From NCBI GenBank assembly GCA_013265495.1, contig MU061852.1, forward strand, positions 3,751,582 through 3,815,581: DNA of 64,000 nucleotides, read 5' to 3'. A model generated the notes under the pieces. That model had not been told where the DNA came from and ran no database searches. It saw nothing but the letters and a program-made list of their open reading frames with translations. The stretch comes from Vicugna vicugna. Its lineage: Eukaryota. This document shows, piece after piece, positions 21,930-34,431 of this stretch (positions are counted from its first letter, which is position 1; each line of letters begins with the position of its first letter). The position numbers were made by a program, and so were the translations under genes.

Positions 21930-22117
21930 CTGGGGAAGACAAATGGGGGGAAGCAGGCAGATGGAGGTGGGGGTCAGGCACAGCGACCAATCACAGAGGA
22001 CAGGAAACTCACCCAGGCAGGCTACGCCCCGGGTACAGCGGGGCTATCCCAGGGCCCCTCCAGGCAGGCTGCTGCCACTGCCACCAGATGGCCTGGCTCC
22101 CTCTGGACCACAGGCTC

Positions 22118-22148
22118 CACACATACACACACACACACACACATACAC
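22118..22148. repeat. (CA)n microsatellite, interrupted
   Basis: cacacatacacacacacacacacacatacac. Confidence 0.9.
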
Positions 22149-22539
22149 GGCTCTAACACAGCACCTCACACACAGTCTCCCATAAAACAAACACAGCATC
22201 AGACACACACAAGCATGGGGCCATGTCAACCTCACCCCCCAGTCACACCCACAACCACACATGGAGACCCTCTCCAGCCCACAGCTCTCTCCCTTCTCAG
22301 GACAAGTGACCCCATCGGCTCTTCTGGTGCACAGCTGCCTCGGCCTGTGCCTGCGAGAGGGTGTCTGCGACGGAGGGGCAGGAAGTCACAGAGGCTACAG
22401 GCCCCTGGCACAGGGGAGGTGTCCTCGCTCAACAGCTTTCTTGGGTGTCAGAAGGCAGGTCCATGCCCTCCTTGTTCCCAGTGACATTTCCAGACCCTAT
22501 TCCCACTGAGGACACTGTTGCTATCACACAGGCTTCTTG

Positions 22540-23760
22540 CCATCTCAAGTTCTGCCACCACCCCTGCCCAGGTGACTCCAGCCACCCCTCAACCCACTGG
22601 CCCTCAAGTCCCTCATCTCCAGAGCTTTCTCCTCCCCTGTGCTGCTGTGGTCATGCCCTGGATGCTGCCACTGTCTCTAAGACTATACCCTCCAGCACCC
22701 CCCACAGGCCCTCACCTGCTGTCCCAGCTCAGTTGCCCAGGGCCCCCAGCACTGTGCCTACACCTCCCCGAGGGGCACCTCATCCATCAACCTCCCGTCC
22801 TTATCACCCTCGACATTCAGCTTAGAATCTCACCACTCTCGCCAACATCACAAACTCCCCTGCCTCCTCCTCCAAGCTCCTGCCCAGGCTGCACCAAGCT
22901 CTGAATGAACCCAACCCTACACTTTCTCGAGGCGGCACTCGGGCAAGCTGGCATCCTGTGAGCACCCCACGGCCTCACCTGGGCCCTCCATGCTGTCTGC
23001 TGCTCCGTTCTCTGCCCAGCTCCCTCCACCACTTTACACCAGATGCCTCCCACCTCCTGTAGACTCCTCAAACCACCAGCTCCTGCCATCTCCCCTCCTC
23101 TCAGCACACGACCCTGTCTCCAACTCTGCAAGAAAACCAAAGTCCCCCAACAGCAGCTCCTCCATCTCTTGCTACCAAACCCACCAACCAACCTGCATTT
23201 GCACCAAGTTTCTCCTTTCCTCCCCTGGGAAGGGCAAAGGGTGCCCTCCTGTCCAAGGCCAATCTCTCCCATCGCCCGTGCTCCGCTCTCTTCTCCACCT
23301 CCTGAGCCTCCAATTAGCCTTCTCTTTTCTGTATTTTCTACTTCTTCGTATCAACACATTTCCAATAGCATTTATATATGTTCAGTATTTTCCCATCTTA
23401 CGAGGCAAATCCCAGTCTAGCCCCACGCCCACCATCCCCCACCCTACACCAGCTACAGTGTCCCCTCCCGCCAGCTAAACTGCAGACACTGAGCTCTCTG
23501 TCTCTACTTGCCTCCCATTCATATCACGTGGAACTACAACTGATTTCAGCCCCTCATGCCACCAAAACTCTCGTCTGGGTCCACCCCCCCACATTACACA
23601 TTACATCCAGTGGATGCTCCTGTGTCCCTCTGGCCCTGACTACTTAGTGGGAGCATCTGGTCCACCTCTTAAAAGCCTCTTCTTTCAACCTCCAAGACAC
23701 TCCCCACTCCTGGATCGCCTTCCATCTCTCGTTCTCCACCTCCACCCCCAGCCCTGGATT
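22540..23760 (+). mobile_element. Degraded LINE L2 (approximate bounds)
   Basis: Long C/T-rich stretch with L2-like phrases; identified by eye only. Confidence 0.45.
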
Positions 23761-24339
23761 CTGGCAGCCTGTCAAGCATCACCGTTTTGATGGCACATGG
23801 CATCTTAGGCTTGGGGGCCCTGGAACCAGGTGCACCCCTCCCACCTGCTTCTGTCCCACTTCCTATCCTAGGGAGTGGCACCACTGTCCTCCCAGGTCTG
23901 TGCACCACACACACAGGTTTCACCCAGTGTGTCCCTCTCCCTCAGCGCCCCACACCTAACTCATCACCAAGTCCGGCCAGTAGCATCCCAGACAGCTCTT
24001 AAATCCACCCCCACCGTTTCACCTGAGCCTACATCTCTTGCCTAGACTGATGCACAGCTTCCTCACTGGTCTCCGGCATTCTGTCTGGCTGTCCTGTGTG
24101 TTCTCACACAGCAGCCAGGCAGCCCTCCCTCCTGTCCTCTGTCCCTGAGGCCCTGACTGCTGTGATCTGGGGCTGCTCTGGCCACACTGGCCGGCTGCTT
24201 GCTGCTTACCACAACCAAGTGCCTTCCTGCCTTGAGCACCAGCTGGCCCCCTTCCTGGGGCCTCTGTATCACCCAAGGAAGCCCTCCTTGACCCCGCAGA
24301 CCAGGTGAGGTTCCCGTCCCATCACCTCTGCACTGTCTG

Positions 24340-24525
24340 CCTCTTCCACAGCACTTTACACAAACATAATTAAAAGCTCATTTGGATAATTGCGGGTTTA
24401 ACCTTTGTCTTCCCCACTGGACTAGGATCCCCGTGGGCAGAGGCTGCGTCAGGGTTGTGCTGCTGGCCCTGCAGTGTGCACGGGCCCTGACCAGGAGCTC
24501 GGCAGGCACTTACAGAATGAATCTG
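24340..24525 (+). mobile_element. L2 3' end
   Basis: tgtcttccccactggactagg...gggcagagg...ggcaggcacttacagaatgaat. Confidence 0.65.
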
Positions 24526-25479
24526 TGAACATCAGATCACACGTGGCACATTCACACAGTCCCATGTGACATGGGCGGCCTCACAAGAACATCACATGTC
24601 AGCACATGTGCTCAGTCTCAATGCCACAACCTTAACCAGCCACACACCTATGGCACGGCTATCACATACAGCCTCACACAGTGGCCCACTGGCCACATGA
24701 CCAGTCTCACAGTCTGTCACTAGGAGAGCTGCAGAGACCCTCAGACACCCAGAGACACACTGGTTGGGTCCCAATTCTAAGAACAGCCTTACAGACCTGA
24801 CCCCAGGACTACAGCAGACTCGTGACACACACATTTGGGAGCTGTTAGGTGCCTGGGCAGGGACACACGGCATCCGAGTCTCACTCACACAGAAATACAG
24901 TAACATGCAAAGCAGGCACACAGATGGCCTCATGGATGTTCCAACACATGGAGGGCCACATGGTCTCAACACAGGCAGGGAGACACGCCTAGTCACACGG
25001 TCTCATCTCTGCTGTGTGCTCTGGCTCAGTGTGACTGCACAGCTCACATGTACTCTTTGGGGAGGGGGTATGAGGTGGGAACACAGGTAATAGGGAGATG
25101 AGATGTGAGGATATGGGGAAGGGAGACGCCCGCAGAAGCAGGTATGGGACACAGCGAGCACAGTGGTCCCTCCACTGAGGACGGCCCAGTAGGCTAGTGT
25201 GACTAGCACAGAGTGGGTTGGGGAAGGAGGTGAGTCAGAGACACAGGACTTACCTGGGTGGGCGTAGAGGTGAGGGAGGGGCAGGAGTCGGGCAGGGAGC
25301 AGCGAGCACAGCAACCGCCTGGATGCAGACTAGAGGGCACTTACCTGTCCCTCTCTTAAGGTCCAGACTGAGCCCAGGGCCCAGCAGATCTGACCACCCG
25401 CCTGGTCGAGGGGAAGGGGTATGTGTATGTCTGCGTCCCTGCCCAACTGTAGCAGGTGGTGGCCTCGGGAGACACTTAC

Positions 25480-25624
25480 TAGACTGTGCTGTGCGAGCCT
25501 CAATGGTGGGGGTGAAGACGCCCACCCCCATCTCAGAGCGGGCAGCCAGCTGGAAGCGGTACAGCGTGTCAGGCTTCAGGTCCTCTAGGGTGTAGGAGGA
25601 GGTGGGGTCGAAGGTCACCTTGTG
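25480..25624 (-). CDS. PTPRF: PTPRF exon (~ex11), FN3-3 C-half: HKVTFDPTSS...EARTAQS
   Basis: ttccag|CACAAG ... TCTA|gtaagt; 145 nt. Confidence 0.97.
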
Positions 25625-26045
25625 CTGGAAGAGCAGGGAGCACTCACTGACTGCCCTGACCTCAAAGGTCCCTCAGAGGCTGTTCCCCAACATAGAAGGC
25701 AGCTGACCCCCGGGGACCCATGGTGGCTACAGGGCTGGCTTCATGCCACATGGCCACCTGGACCACACAAGGGCACCTCACCAACTGCCTGGCCCTAGCA
25801 GAATTTCAGGGCTCTGCTGGTGCCATGTGAGCACAGAGCCTAAGAGATCCAGGACAGATCTAGGGGTTCTGTCCCCAGCACAGAGGTGACAAAAGACTAC
25901 AGAAGCACAGAGGCCACATAAATCCCAGAGCCCCAAGGGACTGTGCCCACATGACCACAGAAATCCAGAGAAGCCTGGGTGAGCCCACCACAGACCCCCA
26001 GGGACCAGGAGGAGTCCTCCTCCCTTCTGGCCTGTGGGCACTCAC

Positions 26046-26182
26046 CTGCTGGCCCTCGTCCTCTGCCGCCCAGTACACTAGCTCATACTTGATGATCCGC
26101 TCCTGCGGGGGCAGCAGCCACGAGAGCTGGATCCTGGTGTCCGAGTCGGCCTCGGCCTGGAAGTCCGCGGGCTGGGCAGGCA
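26046..26182 (-). CDS. PTPRF: PTPRF exon (~ex10), FN3-3 N-half: VPAQPADF...EDEGQQ
   Basis: ttgcag|TGCCTG ... CAG|gtgagt; 137 nt. Confidence 0.98.
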
Positions 26183-26419
26183 CTGCAACACCGCCAGGTC
26201 AGGTGCCATCAGCCTCACCAATCCCCCCGAGGGCGGGAGCATCCAGGAAAAGGAGACAGGAAGGCCAGGCCTCACCCCCACACCCACCCTGCCTCCCAAG
26301 TGACCGTATGTGTGGACACAAGCCCTTATTCTCCTGAAGCCCCAAGCTCATGGCTGGAGGGAGGAGGCACTGCCCAGCCTCGCCCACCCCAGCTCTGCCC
26401 GCCATCCACCAGCACCTAC

Positions 26420-27001
26420 CTCCCTGCTGCGTCTTGACCTGGATGGTGGGGCTTGGGGGGCCGTCGCCCACGGCAGTGAAGGCCAGCACACGCAGGCTGT
26501 AGGTGATGCCGGGCAGCAGGCTGCCCACGGTGGTGAGGAGCCCGGCATCCGTGTTGTGCTTATGCCAGGCGCTCAGGGGGCGGCGGGAGTCGGGGGTGTA
26601 GTAGATGCGGTAGCCCCGCACCAGGCCGTTGGGCTCCTCGGGTGGCTCCCACTGCACCAGCATGGTGCTGGCACTCAGCATGCGTGCCTGCACGCGGCGC
26701 GGGGGGCTGGAGGGAGCCTGCTCCCCTGTGCGCGCCCGCACCGCCTCACTGGGCGGCCCTCGCCCGATGCTATTCACCGCCAGCACGCGGAAGGCGTACT
26801 CCGAGAAAGGACTGAGGCCGCCAATGCTGTAGCGGGTGGTGGCCACGCCATCCACCTCCTGGAAGGGACCCTCCATGCCCGCTGGACGGTACTGGATGCC
26901 GTAGTAGGACACAGGCTCTGAGTTCCCAGAGTCCCAGGTCAGGGTGACGCTGGTGGCGGTTGTCTCTGTCACCACAAGGTCAATCGGAGGCTTTGGCAGA
27001 G
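26420..27001 (-). CDS. PTPRF: PTPRF exon (~ex9), FN3-1 and FN3-2: ALPKPPIDL...VKTQQG
   Basis: ccccag|CTCTGC ... GGAG|gtaggt; 582 nt. Confidence 0.98.
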
Positions 27002-27496
27002 CTGGGGACAAAAATGGAAGGTTCAGGGCTGCCTGAGGTCACGACCCCTGCTCTTGGGGTTCATCCAACCAGAGAGTGGTTGACCCCCACAGCCCACCCT
27101 GAAGAATGGCCTGGAAAGCCCTGAGGTCAGCTAGTGGGAGACAGTGGCCACCTGACAGTGCCTCCAGGCACCTTGGGTCATTTAGTGTCTATCCAAGTCA
27201 CTTCTGGGACTCCTTGGATCCTCACATCAGCTCCAGTGGCTCATCTAACAAACAGATCCAGAGGTGGCCTGCCTCGGTCCCATGCAGATGGAGGGCACAA
27301 AGGCTGAGGAGCGGAGATCTCTGCCTCTGCAGCATGTCTGGGCTCACCTGTTCGCCAGTCTTTGTAACAGGGGCTGGGAGGGGAAAGATACTTCCTTCGG
27401 TAATGCCTCTGAATCTGAGAAAGTGATAGGGCTTCTGGTCCCACAGACTCTGTGGCTTGGCTCAAACTGCAGGTGGGGAAGTCCCAGGTCTGCATC

Positions 27497-27990
27497 CAAT
27501 CCCTCAACAATAGTAACTGAGCACCTACTGTGTGACAGGCACTGTGCTAGGGCTGAGAATACACTGACAACCACGTCCCTGCTCTCACAGAGTTTATACT
27601 CCAGTGTGAGAGAGAAGTAATCAGTGAGTTGAGAATCATGGTTTTGGTATGTGTAAGGACAGCAGAAAGCAGGGTGCTGAGATGGAGTGAAACTCAGGGG
27701 TGTCCTCCGATGATTGGGGTGATTGGGGAAGGCCCCACAGAGCTGTGGAGAGCGAGATGGAGCCGGTGATGGCAAGGGCAGGGTGAGGAGACGGCACAAC
27801 TGGCCAGTGCATGGCAGTGATGATCCCGTGAGGTCTTTATCTGAAAAGCAGCAGGAAAACACTGGAAGGTGTTTGCCCTTTTCTTTAAGGGAGCCATGTG
27901 ATCCTGCTTTACTTTTAAAAAGAACATTCACATTGCAGAGTGGAGAAGGGGTCAGAGGTCGGGTGGGGAATGGAAGCAGGGTGCCCCAAG
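27497..27990 (-). mobile_element. L2 3' end and adjacent L2 sequence, reverse orientation
   Basis: caacaatagtaactgagcacctactgtgtgacaggcactgtgctaggg...tccctgctctcacagagttta. Confidence 0.8.
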
Positions 27991-28129
27991 GAGTCTGCAC
28001 TGTACTCGACCTGTCCCAGAGCCCCGGGCAGGGAACCCACCCACCTTGGCTCTCTTCTCATCCTTCTTGCCAGGAGGCTGGTAAACCCGAGGGTCTGGTG
28101 CTAAGTAGTGGTCAGAGGGGTGTGAGGGG

Positions 28130-28225
28130 GAATCAGACCCCCAGGGTTCAAGTCTCTGCTTCATCATTTACCTCCATGTGACCATGTGCCTCAGCTGTCT
28201 AATTTATAAGATGGGGACAATGAGA
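28130..28225 (+). mobile_element. MIR fragment
   Basis: gggttcaagtctctgct...tgtgacc..tgtgcctcag...taagatgggga. Confidence 0.7.
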
Positions 28226-28484
28226 CTGACTTTCTCCCAGAGTGACACCACACATGAACAAAACAATCTGCGTTGACTAACCCCAGGAACCCAGTACCTG
28301 TTAGCTATCATTACTAAGACTTTTTCTGACAGAAACCCCTTCCTCCACCACTGAGGAGCAGGAGGACCCCAGAGCTGGGCACCAGGAAGGCAACGACCCC
28401 TTGGCACCCCCATCCCCCGGCAGCCACGCTTGCCTGCCACGCCCTCTGCTACAGGGCAGGCCACAGGCCACAGCAGGCACTCAC

Positions 28485-28754
28485 CTTTCACGGTGACTTG
28501 GGCCGTGGCCTCGATCATGCCCAGTGAGGAGATGGCCACACAGGTGTAGTTGGCGGAGCGCACAACGTTATTGAGCTCCAGCACGTTACGGCCGACCGGC
28601 ATCTCGTCCTCCTTGGTGAGCTCCTCAGCCCCCATCATCCACTTCACGTAGGGCATGGGCGCGCCCACGGCGACGCACGTCAGGTTCACGCTGCCGCCGG
28701 GCATCACCTCCTGGCTGCTGGGGGGGATGGAGAAACGAGGAGCCACACGGCGCA
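28485..28754 (-). CDS. PTPRF: PTPRF exon (~ex8), Ig3: [12 protein letters not shown]...AQVTVK
   Basis: ccgcag|TGCGCC ... AAAG|gtgagt; 270 nt. Confidence 0.98.
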
Positions 28755-30049
28755 CTGCGGGAGGAGGGAGAGAGGCACTCATAGGCTGGGCAGGACACAC
28801 GCGGGGATGGAAGGGCAGGGGCCCCTCATTCAGGAAGCCAAACCCACTGCAGTGGCAGGAGGGGCGGAGTCCCTGGGCCCCGGCTGACCATCTCCCACCC
28901 TGCTTTCGGGCTAGAGGTAGCCTCTGCTCTCAGGGACTGTCTGAAACATGAGAGATCCCGCAATCAAGCCGCCTTTTCACAGCTTAGGTAACTGAGGTCC
29001 AGGGTCACACAAGGACTCAGTGCAAGGTCCAAGCCTCGTCAGGGCCACATCCCAGGTCGCCTTCCAGTGCCCACCCTTACCTGCTCCTGACCCCCACCCC
29101 CACCAAGGGTCTCCAGAGGGGCTAGCTGGGGCAGTGAGAGAGATCCAGGCACCCTAGGGTGGAGGGTCCTAGGGTAGAGAGCATGTCTAGGGCAGGGCAG
29201 AGGGTCAGCCCAGAAGTGGCAGGGCTACCTTCTCTGGAGCCACTGCCTCCACTTTCGGGCCATGATCCAAGGGGAAGAGAGGAGGGCAGTGGCAGGACCA
29301 CCTGCCAGGACCCCAGGAATGTTCAGGGCACAGGCTGGGAACCCACACAGAGGGGCCACCTCCAGGAGGGACTCGGCATGGGCCAGGGTTCAGGGCGGGC
29401 CAGGGACGTGGTCCGCGGGCAAGATGGGCATGACGATGGCAGGAACATGATGAGGGCGCCGAGCAGACAGCTTTCAGCGCCAATGAACAAGGGTCTCAAG
29501 GGGGAGGGTGGCTGTGCCTGGCCACGACCTCCGGCCTTGGGCTTCCCAGGTCAGAAGCTGTTCTCAGCTTCTCAGTCCAAGGTGTAGCCTGGACCACCCC
29601 CAACCCCTGCCAAAGTCGCAAGCTTGGCACAGACATTTGGAACATGCAGAGGAAGGGAAGGCAGGCAAGACCTAGCCATGGGCAGGCACGCGTGGCATGC
29701 AGACTTGGCATGCAGCTGGTGGGCAGAGGCTGGGGTGTGTCCTTCCTGGGCACCCCTACAGACAGGGCGGGAGAAGGCAGGCAGCGAGGCTGAGAGACCA
29801 GAGGGCACCACTGAGTGCGGGTCTCTGAGGACTCTTGTTGGGGAGCCCAGGCATGCAAAGGATCCACGTGCCACGTTAGGAGCACCTCCATTACAGGCAC
29901 CAGACTGCTGCTCACACAGCCCCAGACCACAGTATCAGAGCTGGAAGTAACTGCAGAGACCACCTGGTCCAACCTACGACCTCACCACACAGTGGTCAAA
30001 GCAGCAGCCCAGAGATCAGACATCCAGCAAACCACCAGGTCCTGTTAAT

Positions 30050-30330
30050 GCATCACCTAAGTATCTGTCAAACACACTACTTTCTTTCCAAGTCCACAGA
30101 AGACTGCCACCTCCAAAGTCCAAGCCACCATCCTTCCCTCGATCACTTCTTCACTGCTCCTCCTGTCTTGTCGTCCCCTGGGCCTCTGGTCCTATAACTG
30201 GTGGTCCACAAACGGCTGTAACAAATCCAAATCTGCTCACATCACTCCCATTAAAAACTCCTGCATCGGTCCACAACGACTCCTCAGCCCAGACTACAGG
30301 ACCCCAACTTGCTCCTCAGCCCCCACCTCA
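30050..30330 (+). mobile_element. L2 fragment
   Basis: actgccacctccaaagtccaagccaccatc...caaatctgctcacatcactccc. Confidence 0.65.
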
Positions 30331-30589
30331 ATTCCGCCCACACTGCCTCCCTCCAAAGCCTCCAGACAGAACCAAAACACTGCCAGTCTCCCAGTGGGCT
30401 CGGCATGACCCAGTGCCAGAGGCTGGGTCTGCTTCCCTCTGTGCCCCAGACTCACTGGGGTCTCAGCGTGTCTTGGGGAAATCAAGCGCTCTGCCTTCTC
30501 CTAGAATCTGCATTCTCATCTTTTGAGGGGAAATTTCTCAGCCCCCACTCTTGGTCGGTGGTGTATGTGATCCAGGTCTGGCTAATGAG

Positions 30590-30870
30590 ATACAGCCTTT
30601 GGGTTTTTGTAAAACCTAGTAGGAAAGCAACCTTTTCTCTCCATTGTGCTGGCTAGCCTAGAGGGACTGGGGACCACCTGTTGCAAAACACAAGAGGACC
30701 TGCTTGAGAACAAAGGAGTTATTGAGGCGAGCAGAGCTAGAGACAGAGATAGATGAATGCTCAACCAAACCGTTCAAGTGTCTGGATCCAGCCTTGCCTG
30801 ACATCAAACCTACTTCTACGTTTTTTTAGTTTGGTAAGACAAGAGTTTCCCTGTTTTGCTGGAGCTGACA
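30590..30870 (+). mobile_element. MLT1-type LTR fragment
   Basis: cctgcttgagaa...gagcagagctagagacagaga...tctggatccagccttgcctgac. Confidence 0.6.
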
Positions 30871-32623
30871 GAAGTGGACTTCTGCCATCTGTCCTAAAGC
30901 TGGGCATCTACACTGAATGACAAGACACGTCACAGGTACAGCAGTTCTGTGTAGCAGGGAACAGGTGGATCCTGGGGGCATGGGTGGCAGGAGGAAGCCA
31001 CGACAAAGAGCCTCCTTTGAGTACTCCCCACAAATGACACAAGGGTGAGGCTGGGAGGCACAGACAGAAACATCGCCCAGCCTGTGGTGCAGGCACTCCC
31101 TGGGTTCTGGAGCTGAGCTGAAGGGCAGGCTACAGAGGAGAGGCGCAGGCAGGCAGGGGCCCAGCACAGCCCTGGCTCGAGCAGAAAGGGACAGCAGAGC
31201 AGCCGTAACTGACCAAGTCTCTCCTCTGTCTCAGCCAGCAGCTGCCCCATCTCCTCCTCATTCATGTGCATCAAAATCGGCTTGGGGAAAGGAAATCACT
31301 CTTAAGTGATCACCTAATATGTGCTGAAGGTTTCCACGCTGTGGATGGTATCACCTCCCAATTACAGACAAGGGAACTGACTGGAGACTGACATTTTAAG
31401 TGAGATGCCAGAGTTTATATATGTACTAGGAGGATTGTGTGCTGAAAAGCTCTTGCCCTTTTGAGTCCTGGCCCACAGGGCTGAAAAAAAGAGACCCAGA
31501 GGTTCTATGAAGAAGCTCCTCAAGCTTCACGGCCTCTGGGCTAGCCAAGGTTGGCAGGAGAAGATATTCTCCAGTCGGCATAAAGATGGGACTTGAAGAG
31601 CCTGTGCCAGGGCAGAGGTCATGGTGGCAAACTTGACCGTGATCATTGGCAGAATCTTGGAACCTAATCAGGTCCCTGGACATAAGAACAAGAGCTCCAG
31701 GAAAAGGATGCAGGCCCTTGGCCAATAAACCTTGGACCTAAGCAGTACAGAAAACTGACTGGGTTTTACCTCAAATCATCCCCTAGGACAGGTCTTCTGT
31801 GGCCCTGCCAGGAAATGAAGGCCCTTTGGGAACACATCCAGAAGAGTTTTGTTTTTATTTTTATTTCTTCCCCACCTAGATACAGGTGGAAAGGAGAACC
31901 CCAGGAGCTAAGGACGAGTGAGAGGTCAGACATGACCCTTAGGGTCATCCCTAGCACCAGGCAAGGGCCTCAAGTCCAAGGACTCCTAGGTGGCATACAC
32001 CACACTTGACGCTTTCACAAGGATACTGGCCTTCAGTCACACACAAGGAGCCTGGAGGGCAGTTTCCTGCAGCCCAGTCTCATCTTCCCCACAGCATGAG
32101 GGAAGTCAGGTCTACAGAGAGAGGGTGGGGGCAGCGGAGACGAGACACTACCTCTTGGGATCTGAGTGCCCTCTGGACCTGCCGGGACAGCCACCCCCAT
32201 CCCAAGAGCCGGGGTGGCAGGCGCCTCCCAGCAGCAGCCCCACCGGACTCCTCCCGCTGTCACAGACACAAGGCCTCCAAAAGGGGGAGGACCCTCCCTG
32301 GACTCAGTCTATTGACAGAAGCAACAGCAGGGAAGGGAAAACCAGAGTCGGGAAAAATGCACTTAGGGTCTAATCGTGAGCTCCAACAATGCCGGTCTAT
32401 TACTGTTCCCCGTGCATCCTTAGTGCTGACATTTTATAGACAATTTCCAAAACAGGGCCTTGCCATTTCTGGATTATATTTCAGCTGTAACTTTTAAGTC
32501 TAATTATTTGAGCTGACAACCACCTATAATAGGGCGGTGCGGCGCCTGGAGGCATCAGCATTCAGTGGAGTGACAGCCTAATCGCAGGGGGGAGGCAGCC
32601 CCGCAATCTGCATTCACTCCCGG

Positions 32624-32803
32624 NNNNNNNNNNNNNNNNNNNNNNNNNNNNNNNNNNNNNNNNNNNNNNNNNNNNNNNNNNNNNNNNNNNNNNNNNNNNN
32701 NNNNNNNNNNNNNNNNNNNNNNNNNNNNNNNNNNNNNNNNNNNNNNNNNNNNNNNNNNNNNNNNNNNNNNNNNNNNNNNNNNNNNNNNNNNNNNNNNNNN
32801 NNN
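32624..32803. other. Assembly gap (180 N)
   Basis: Run of N. Confidence 1.
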
Positions 32804-34227
32804 AGCGCCAAACAAATTACCGGCCCGGCAAATCCCCCCCGGAATATTTAGAAACTCATTTCTGCCTTCCCATTAAATATTTGTGTACATGCTTATTTTT
32901 GGTGGGACCACAGAAGGGGTCATGCAGCCACGTGGGGTGTCAAGAACCCAAGGGACAAGGGACCAGGAGGGTGGGGGAAGGGGCACAGGGGAAGGCGGCT
33001 GCAGGCTGGGCTCTCTGCTGATGACTGTTTTCTGAACTTGGCAGATCTGCTGGGTCAGCGAAATGGTGTAAGTGAAATGCCCCCAAGCTCAAGAGTGCAT
33101 ATGGATGGATGCTCAGGGCTGATATCTGAGCCGAGGCTGCAGCCCTGCTCCGACTGGCTCACTCTCCCTCATGGAGGTAATTCATACCACAGAGATGATG
33201 CAGAGGGGACCAGGTGGCCCAGCTCTGCTCCCTGGGGCTCAGCCCAAAGCCCAGCGCACAGGTGAGCTCCACTGACCACTAAGACCATGTGACACAGATA
33301 GGCCCACTGGCCCCTGCTACTGGTCCCAGGATTGAGGGTAGGGGTGTAGCCCTGAGGGGGTGAGACTGCTCTGGAATGGGCTGGTGCAGAGTCTCCAGGA
33401 AGCCCTCCCCAACCTGCAGCTAGGCCAGGGCCTCTCCTAGACTCCTGTGTGGGCCTCGCTAAGCTGCAGTTGACCCGTCAGTCAGGTGTGAGCTCCTGGT
33501 CTGAATGCCCAGCATGGGGCTGAGGAAATGCCAGCTGTCTGGGAGCCTCAGGCAGAGAGAGGGGCCTGGGGCAGGTGAGAAGACCTTCATTTGGATCTGG
33601 TCCGAGAGGAAAAAGACAAGTCAGCAGAACACTTCCTCCGTGAGCCAAGATGATGCCAACCACCTAGTGTCTCGGACACTAAGCTCAGTAGGCAGAACTG
33701 GGTCCCATCCGGCTTGAGGTAAGGGGCTTCAAGGACAGGGCAGACCCTGTAGAACTTTCACCCTGTGTTGCAGGATCCTGAGGGGTGAGCTCATTCTAGG
33801 CTAGCCTTTTCCCTTCATTTTCCCACTGGTTTCAGCCGAGCTTGGGCAAACGTGGATTTTACATGCGTGCAGGCTGTGGAAGACCCCACGGGAGCACATA
33901 AAGCACTGCAGCTCTCACTGCGCCCATAACCTCTCCTGAGCTCCACCTGGAGCAGACAGCTGGCCTGGCCTGGGCACAAAGGCGGGCCCGTCTCATGCCG
34001 TGCACCATGCCCACCCGACCTCTGCAGCAGGGAGCCCAGCTAAGGGGTCATGCAGACACGTGGGGTGTCAGGAACCCAAGCAGCAGAAACATGCGGGGCA
34101 GGGAGGCCTGCCCACCCACCCCTGGTCCTGCCCGCATGCCGGCCCAAACAGTGGCGCGCAGAGCCTGGCGGGTAGGCAGGCCTGACTGGGGCCAGCCCGA
34201 GGGGCTGACGGAGCCCGCTGGTCCCTA

Positions 34228-34431
34228 NNNNNNNNNNNNNNNNNNNNNNNNNNNNNNNNNNNNNNNNNNNNNNNNNNNNNNNNNNNNNNNNNNNNNNNNN
34301 NNNNNNNNNNNNNNNNNNNNNNNNNNNNNNNNNNNNNNNNNNNNNNNNNNNNNNNNNNNNNNNNNNNNNNNNNNNNNNNNNNNNNNNNNNNNNNNNNNNN
34401 NNNNNNNNNNNNNNNNNNNNNNNNNNNNNNN
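34228..34431. other. Assembly gap (204 N)
   Basis: Run of N. Confidence 1.

Noticed and set aside
26310-26921. 203-aa plus-strand ORF and similar antisense ORFs over other exons (e.g. 16097-16558, 1917-2288)
   Set aside because: Shadow ORFs of the GC-rich PTPRF coding strand.
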